A stretch of DNA of 64,000 nt, taken from Nitrosopumilus sp. (GTDB lineage: Archaea > Thermoproteota > Nitrososphaeria > Nitrososphaerales > Nitrosopumilaceae). Below are positions 58,468 to 64,000 of the stretch, piece after piece (within the stretch, counting starts at the first letter, position 1; the number at the start of each line of letters is the position of its first letter). The notes beneath the pieces were generated by a model that ran no database searches, had not been told where the DNA came from, and worked only from the letters and a program-made list of their open reading frames with translations. The stretch spans positions 448,001 through 512,000 of the forward strand of contig CBDBLO010000002.1 of the NCBI GenBank assembly GCA_965207075.1, read 5' to 3'. A program made the translations under genes and the position numbers.

Positions 58468-59880
58468 TTAGGAAGTAAGTATCTCTGCCACCACTGGGAT
58501 TACCTCCCAGAGTGCGATATAGTCACCGGACTCCTGCATCTCTGCAGCCACTTCGTCGGTGTACAGACCGTGTATGTTGATGGCGGGGTGTGCAATGCTG
58601 TTCATTCCCATCGGGGGAACAGCGTCACTCGGGTTGCCCAGCGCGTACGCATAGGATGGAACAGGCTCTGGTAGGACTCCCTTCTCAACCAGAACCGGGT
58701 TCAGGTTGAACGGGTCGCCGGCCACGAATACTGTGGCGGCTCCTGAAAAGATTGCCGCATAGTCGTGGTTGACTGCTGCATATACACCCGGCTCGTCAAA
58801 CACGAGGTCAACGATCATGCCCTGAGAACCGCCAAGCAGCCATGTCTCGGTTGCTGCGGACTGGACCCTGTTGCCCTGTGTCACCCTGTCGAGAATCTCT
58901 CCCACTATGTGGAAGAAGACCGGCTCGTTGCCCTGGTTCTCTATGAACAGCCTTACGTGCTGATCGTTCTCTACGAAGAGAAGCTGTGACTGGTGCTGCT
59001 TTAGCTCGATGCCGTTCCAGGGTTGTGCAACAAAGATGTTCTTGTTTGTGTCACCGTTGACGAGCAGGTTGTGGGCCATGTTCGGAACGTATCCAAACTG
59101 GTACCCGTTTACAACCGTTCCCGTGTTCTGGTGCTTGAACATTGCGGCCTGATCAAAGTTGCCTTCCGGGGTCAGGTAGAGCTGGTTGTACTGGAGCTGG
59201 AACTCTAGCGCGTCTGCGTCATAGAACATGCGCTTGAGCTCGCCGCTGCCGCTGGTCTTCTCGACCATCAGCTTTTTGTAGCCGTTTGCAGGATCGACGA
59301 TTGCAATCCCATACATGCCTGAGAGCACGTGCTGGTCCATGGCCGCAAGCTTGACGCCAGAGCAGTGGTACTTGAACATACCTGCCGCTTCTGCAATAAA
59401 GCAGTACTGGCTTGTCTCACCCGGGTTTACGGACTCAAAGGCTCCCGCGGTTATCTGGGACGAGTGCATGTCGTTGCCGTGTGCAACCGGTTCGTCGTCG
59501 GGAATGGTCAGAGTCATCTTGATCACGTCGCCCTGCATGACCCTGATTGTGGGTCCAGGCACCATGCCGTTGAACGTCATGGCGTGGTACGTCTTGCCTC
59601 CCATTATGGGGAGCTCGACGCTCTCGGCGGTCAGATCAAAGTTGTGAACTGTCCTTCCTGATGTCTCCAATACGCCACAGTCAGTCTCTGCAAAGGCCTC
59701 CGGCATCATCAGCTTCAGTCCGCCCATCTGATGAATCTGCTCCATCACGTCGGCGTCCATCTGCGTGAGATCCAAAGACTGTCCAGAGATTTGGGTCTGC
59801 GTGTATGTACTTCCGAATAAGGTCGCGCCCATCACTGCCACTGCCGCGACAGTAAAGAGCATGCTGATACGCTTATTCAT
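58468..59880 (-). CDS. nirK: Copper-containing nitrite reductase (archaeal NirK)
   Basis: Cu-ligand motifs HGNDMH, YHC, HVLSGM, FHIVG and VNHD; signal peptide. Confidence 0.9.
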   Translation of the reverse strand: MNKRISMLFTVAAVAVMGATLFGSTYTQTQISGQSLDLTQMDADVMEQIHQMGGLKLMMPEAFAETDCGVLETSGRTVHNFDLTAESVELPIMGGKTYHAMTFNGMVPGPTIRVMQGDVIKMTLTIPDDEPVAHGNDMHSSQITAGAFESVNPGETSQYCFIAEAAGMFKYHCSGVKLAAMDQHVLSGMYGIAIVDPANGYKKLMVEKTSGSGELKRMFYDADALEFQLQYNQLYLTPEGNFDQAAMFKHQNTGTVVNGYQFGYVPNMAHNLLVNGDTNKNIFVAQPWNGIELKQHQSQLLFVENDQHVRLFIENQGNEPVFFHIVGEILDRVTQGNRVQSAATETWLLGGSQGMIVDLVFDEPGVYAAVNHDYAAIFSGAATVFVAGDPFNLNPVLVEKGVLPEPVPSYAYALGNPSDAVPPMGMNSIAHPAINIHGLYTDEVAAEMQESGDYIALWEVIPVVAEILTS

Positions 59881-60435
59881 TGCCGGTTGGCTTATTTGAT
59901 AGAATATATACTAAACGTAGACGGGCTCGTGCGAATTGGTGACTTTTCCAAAACCAAGACGTGTTACCCACCCACCCACCCACCCACCCCCCCTCATGAT
60001 GTTGCAAAGTTGCATGCCAACCTGTTGGAACCGCCGGGTGAAACGGGACCGCAACACCCCGGCGGGGAACCGGACGGATGCTGATCTCAAGCCCTGCCCC
60101 GTACGTCATACGATATATTACGCAAAAAGCCAGTGGCACAGAAATCAAATCCTCCGGTCGGTTGCGATCAGGTACGGGCCTGGGTTCTGGATGATGGTTC
60201 TAGAACGCTGATACGCAGAGCCTGTCTTGAAAATTGCAAAGTGAAGGAATGGGCGATCTATGGATGCGCCCTGACGCCTTCGAGCAGCAAGTCTGCAGAC
60301 GACTGGCTGCGGTACGCGAGGGTGCTGGTTCGGGCGGCATGATGCGCGGGCGGCCCGCCGCTTCCTGCGGGCCCCCCGCGGGGTTTCGGCGCGTAAAGAG
60401 AAGTGAATATAGCGGGGCCCGTCCGCAGGCCACGT

Positions 60436-61800
60436 ATGAAATACAGGACCGACCGGGACTCCCTTGGCGACGTGAAGGTACCCGCCGACGCGTACTACGG
60501 GGCCTTTACGGGCAGGGCCCTCAAGCAGTACTACGTCACGGGCCGGACGGCGCACGAGCACCTGATCAGCTCCTTTGTCATGATAAAGCGCGCAGCCGCG
60601 GCCGCAAACAAAAAGGCAGGGGCCATTGACGCCCACAGGGCGGACGCGATAATGTCCGCGTGCGACCTCATACTGGCGGGAAGGCACAGGGATCAGTTTG
60701 CAGTGGACATGATAAACTCCGGCGCCGGCACCGCGTTTAACATGAACGCCAACGAGGTGGTTGCAAACGTGGCCCTGCACAGCGTCCTCAAAAAGGGAAG
60801 GGGCCGGTACGAGCACCTGCACCCAAACGACCACGTCAACATGTCCCAGTCAAGCAACGACACGTATCCCACCGCGATGCACATGTCGATACTGATGAAC
60901 CTGAACGAGGCCGTGCCCGCGCTCAGGACGCTGGTAGGGTCCCTGAATGCAAAGGCGGCCGAGTTTGCGGGATTCAAGAAGGTGGGAAGGACGCACCTTA
61001 TGGACGCGCTGCCGGTCACGCTCGGCGGCGAGTTTGCGGCCCATGCGACTGCCCTGTCAAACGCGGTCGACGCGGCTGAGTCCACGAAGAGGGCCCTGCG
61101 CTTCGTGGCGCTCGGCGGCACCGCGGTAGGAACCGGCGCAAACACGCCAAGGGGGTACCGCTCGGCGGCGGTGGCGGAGCTTGCGAGGATATCCGGGCTC
61201 GGACTGAAGCCGGAGAGGGACATGCAGTACGGGCTTCAGAGCAGGGCGGCGGTGGCGGCAACGTCGGGAGCCCTGCGCAACCTGGCGCTCGAGCTGGGGC
61301 GCCTTGCAAACGACATCAGGCTGATGGCGTCCGGCCCCGTGGCGGGCCTCGCCGAGATAGGGATACCCGCAGTCCACGCCGGCTCTTCTATAATGCCCGG
61401 CAAGGTGAACCCCTCGCTTGCAGAATGCATGAACATGGTGTGCTTTGAGGTTATAGGAAACGACGCCACGGTCGCGTACGCCGCACACGCGGGACAGTTT
61501 GAGCTGAACGTGATGCTGCCCGTAATGCTCAACTCCGTACTAGAGTCGACTGACATGATAAAGAGATTCGTTCCGATATTTGCGGCGAACTTGATAGACG
61601 GGCTGGTGGCAAACGGGGAAAAGCTGCAGCAGTACATAGAGGAGAGCCCCGTTATAGTGACGCTGCTTGCCCCAAAGATAGGGTACCTGCGCGCGGCCGA
61701 TCTCTTCAAAAAGTCCATAAAGACCGGCAGGACCATAAGGGATCTCGCCGTGTCAGAGAACATTATAACAGAACGCGAGTTTGACGCGCTGCTCAAATAG
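60436..61800 (+). CDS. Class II fumarate hydratase / aspartate ammonia-lyase
   Basis: HPNDHVN.SQSSND, GRTHLMDA and GSSIMPGKVNP motifs. Confidence 0.92.
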   Translation: MKYRTDRDSLGDVKVPADAYYGAFTGRALKQYYVTGRTAHEHLISSFVMIKRAAAAANKKAGAIDAHRADAIMSACDLILAGRHRDQFAVDMINSGAGTAFNMNANEVVANVALHSVLKKGRGRYEHLHPNDHVNMSQSSNDTYPTAMHMSILMNLNEAVPALRTLVGSLNAKAAEFAGFKKVGRTHLMDALPVTLGGEFAAHATALSNAVDAAESTKRALRFVALGGTAVGTGANTPRGYRSAAVAELARISGLGLKPERDMQYGLQSRAAVAATSGALRNLALELGRLANDIRLMASGPVAGLAEIGIPAVHAGSSIMPGKVNPSLAECMNMVCFEVIGNDATVAYAAHAGQFELNVMLPVMLNSVLESTDMIKRFVPIFAANLIDGLVANGEKLQQYIEESPVIVTLLAPKIGYLRAADLFKKSIKTGRTIRDLAVSENIITEREFDALLK

Positions 61801-61963
61801 TGGCGGCGGCAAGAAGGGGACGATAACTGTTGGCCGCGGCACCACTACTGGCACGCAAAACTGCGATTACGGCACCATTGCCATTGCCATCTGCAACGGC
61901 TACGGAGGGGACGGGCGCTCGGCACCCCGGTTGTGCGGCGGCGCGGACCGGGAGGTGCCCGTG

Positions 61964-63265
61964 ATGGCGCGGATATTCGTAGAGGCGTACGGGTGTTCTG
62001 CAAGCTTCGCGGACTCTGAGATGATATCTGGAATCATACGCAACGGCGGGCACACCCTGGCCGAGGACCCGTCGCAGTCTGACCTGAACCTCATAGTGAC
62101 GTGCTCTGTAAAGGACGCCACCGCAAAGAGGATGCTCCACCGCATCAAGTCGCTTGGCGCGGCAGACGAGCCGCTGATAGTGGCAGGCTGCCTGCCAAAG
62201 GCCGAGCCGCGCACCGTGCAGAGGGCTGCAGGGGCGGCAAGCATGATGGGCCCCGGAGCCATAGGCCAGACGCTCCGCATAGTGCAGTCCGCGCTTGGCG
62301 GGATCAAAACTATCGACATGGCCGACAGGCAGGAGCCAAAGGTGGGGCTGCCAAAGGTCAGGCTCAACCCCGCCGTCGGTATAATAGAGATCGCAAGCGG
62401 GTGCATGAGCGAGTGCACGTTCTGCCAGACAAAGCTTGCAAAGGGCGGACTGACAAGCTACAGGCCGGGGCAGATAGTAAGGCAGGCCAGGAGCGAGGTC
62501 GCCGACGGCTGCAAGGAGATCTGGCTGACGTCCACCGACAACGGGTGCTACGGGCTTGACATTGGGACCGACCTGCCCGAGCTTGTCGATGCCGTATCGG
62601 GCGCCATACCGGACGGCTGCATGATAAGGGTCGGGATGATGAACCCCATGTACATGCCCCGAATCAGGGGCAGGCTGCTGGAGTCGCTCAAGTCAGACAA
62701 GGTCTTCAAATTCCTGCACGTGCCGGTGCAGAGCGGAAGCGACCGCGTGCTGCACGAGATGGCGAGGGGGCACACCGCCGACACGTTCCGCAGGGTCGTA
62801 GACGAGGCCCGCCGCACGTTTCCGGACATTACGATATCGACTGACGTGATCGTGGGATTCCCGTCGGAGACCGAGTCGGAGTTTGAGGACACCGCAAGGC
62901 TGCTCTGCCAGACCATGCCCGACATAGTAAACCTCTCCAAGTACAGCGCCCGCCCCGGAACGGACGCGGCCGAGAGGCCCGACCGCGTCGACCCGTCGGA
63001 GATAAAGCGGCGCAGCCGCGTCATGACCGGGCATGTCGCGAGGATCGCCGAGGAGTCGAACCGCAAGTGGATAGGATGGAGGGGACCCGTGCTGTTCGAC
63101 GAGCTGACAGAGTCCGGCATCAGGGGCAGGAACCGCGCATACAAGCCCATATACCTGGCGGACGGCGCCGGCAGTGGCGGACAGGAGCACCTGCTGGGAC
63201 AGTGGCGGACGGTACGGATCACCGGCTCTGGCAGAAACTACCTGTCAGGACTGATCGCAGCCTGA
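61964..63265 (+). CDS. tRNA methylthiotransferase (MtaB/CDKAL1-like radical SAM with TRAM domain)
   Basis: YGC, TCSV, AGC, CMSECTFC, PVQSGS and IVGFP.ET motifs. Confidence 0.88.
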   Translation: MARIFVEAYGCSASFADSEMISGIIRNGGHTLAEDPSQSDLNLIVTCSVKDATAKRMLHRIKSLGAADEPLIVAGCLPKAEPRTVQRAAGAASMMGPGAIGQTLRIVQSALGGIKTIDMADRQEPKVGLPKVRLNPAVGIIEIASGCMSECTFCQTKLAKGGLTSYRPGQIVRQARSEVADGCKEIWLTSTDNGCYGLDIGTDLPELVDAVSGAIPDGCMIRVGMMNPMYMPRIRGRLLESLKSDKVFKFLHVPVQSGSDRVLHEMARGHTADTFRRVVDEARRTFPDITISTDVIVGFPSETESEFEDTARLLCQTMPDIVNLSKYSARPGTDAAERPDRVDPSEIKRRSRVMTGHVARIAEESNRKWIGWRGPVLFDELTESGIRGRNRAYKPIYLADGAGSGGQEHLLGQWRTVRITGSGRNYLSGLIAA

Positions 63266-63406
63266 TTGTGACCATGCCTGACCTCCGGCATGTCACGACT
63301 ACAGCATGCCGCATGCGGCGATCGCTTGTTAATTTTTTTCGATCAAAAGAACAGCTGGCGTCAAGTACTGCTCTTTTTTAACAAAGCGTACAGAACCACT
63401 TGAGAG

Positions 63407-64000
63407 ATGTCTCTTCAGATGCAGGATCCCATGCTAGTCGTTGGGATAGGCGGAGCAGGTTCGAAACTGGCAAGAAGGGCATCGGATATACTGGAATGCG
63501 ACAGTCTTTTGATAAGCAACGACAAGGGCGATCTCGAGCCGCCGGATGGCAGCACGCCGCAGGGCCGCCGCAGCATCCGTACGGTGGCAGTCGGTACCGG
63601 CGCCGTGATAAACCCGACAGTCGGCCTGGTACGGGCGGCCGCCTATGAGAAGATCGACGCGATAAGGGACGCCATATCAGGCCACCCGACTGTCATACTG
63701 ATGGGAAACCTGGCAGGAAAGTCGGGGTGCGCCATATGTCCGGCCGTATCAGAGGCGTGCGCCGCAGAAGATGCGAAACTCGTATCGTTTGCAGTCATGC
63801 CGTTCGGGCACGAAAAGTCAAGGCTCTTTCATGCAGGCGTGGCGCTCAGGCGGCTCAGGGAGACGTCGGCGTGCGTTACCGTGGTGGACAATGATTCGAT
63901 ATCGGAGAGCAATCCCGACCTGTCGCCAAGAGAGTGCTACGACGTGGCAGAGGCGGCAGTCATGTATGCGGTGGGCTTTGTAACCCGATCCGAGCTTGAA
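63407..64000 (+). CDS. ftsZ: FtsZ/tubulin-like protein, 5' part (runs off the window)
   Basis: My translation MSLQMQDPMLVVGIGGAGSKLA...NLAGKSG...MPF..E...VVDN; the signature loop is degenerate; not in the ORF track. Confidence 0.8.
   Translation, partial: MSLQMQDPMLVVGIGGAGSKLARRASDILECDSLLISNDKGDLEPPDGSTPQGRRSIRTVAVGTGAVINPTVGLVRAAAYEKIDAIRDAISGHPTVILMGNLAGKSGCAICPAVSEACAAEDAKLVSFAVMPFGHEKSRLFHAGVALRRLRETSACVTVVDNDSISESNPDLSPRECYDVAEAAVMYAVGFVTRSELE

Overview
64-kb window from an ammonia-oxidising archaeon (Nitrososphaerota, Nitrosopumilaceae-like gene order) that is unusually GC-rich by eye; a sponge/invertebrate-symbiont lineage is my inference. Most of it is core chromosome: tRNA-modification genes (tgtA, TYW1, kae1/bud32/pcc1, dus, mtaB-like), TBP, PII, ribosomal proteins, serS, nirK, serA, fumarase/aspartase and a partial ftsZ, plus three tandem thrombospondin-type-3 repeat surface proteins and a full ammonia monooxygenase region (putative amoZ, putative amoY, amoB, amoC, amoX, amoA). 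The amo region is heavily remodelled. (i) A type II NADH:quinone oxidoreductase fused to a His-containing membrane module and a C2H2 zinc finger lies between amoB and amoC. (ii) A full-length but decayed IS481 separates amoX from amoA. (iii) The putative amoZ has a pseudogenised tandem copy whose differences are overwhelmingly A>G/T>C. The left end is the edge of an element integrated at tRNA-Arg(TCT), with a tyrosine integrase and two related 33-bp tandem arrays in inverted orientation around an AT-rich core. An intact IS481 carries a 14-15 bp target duplication. All calls come from reading motifs by eye; no database searches were run.
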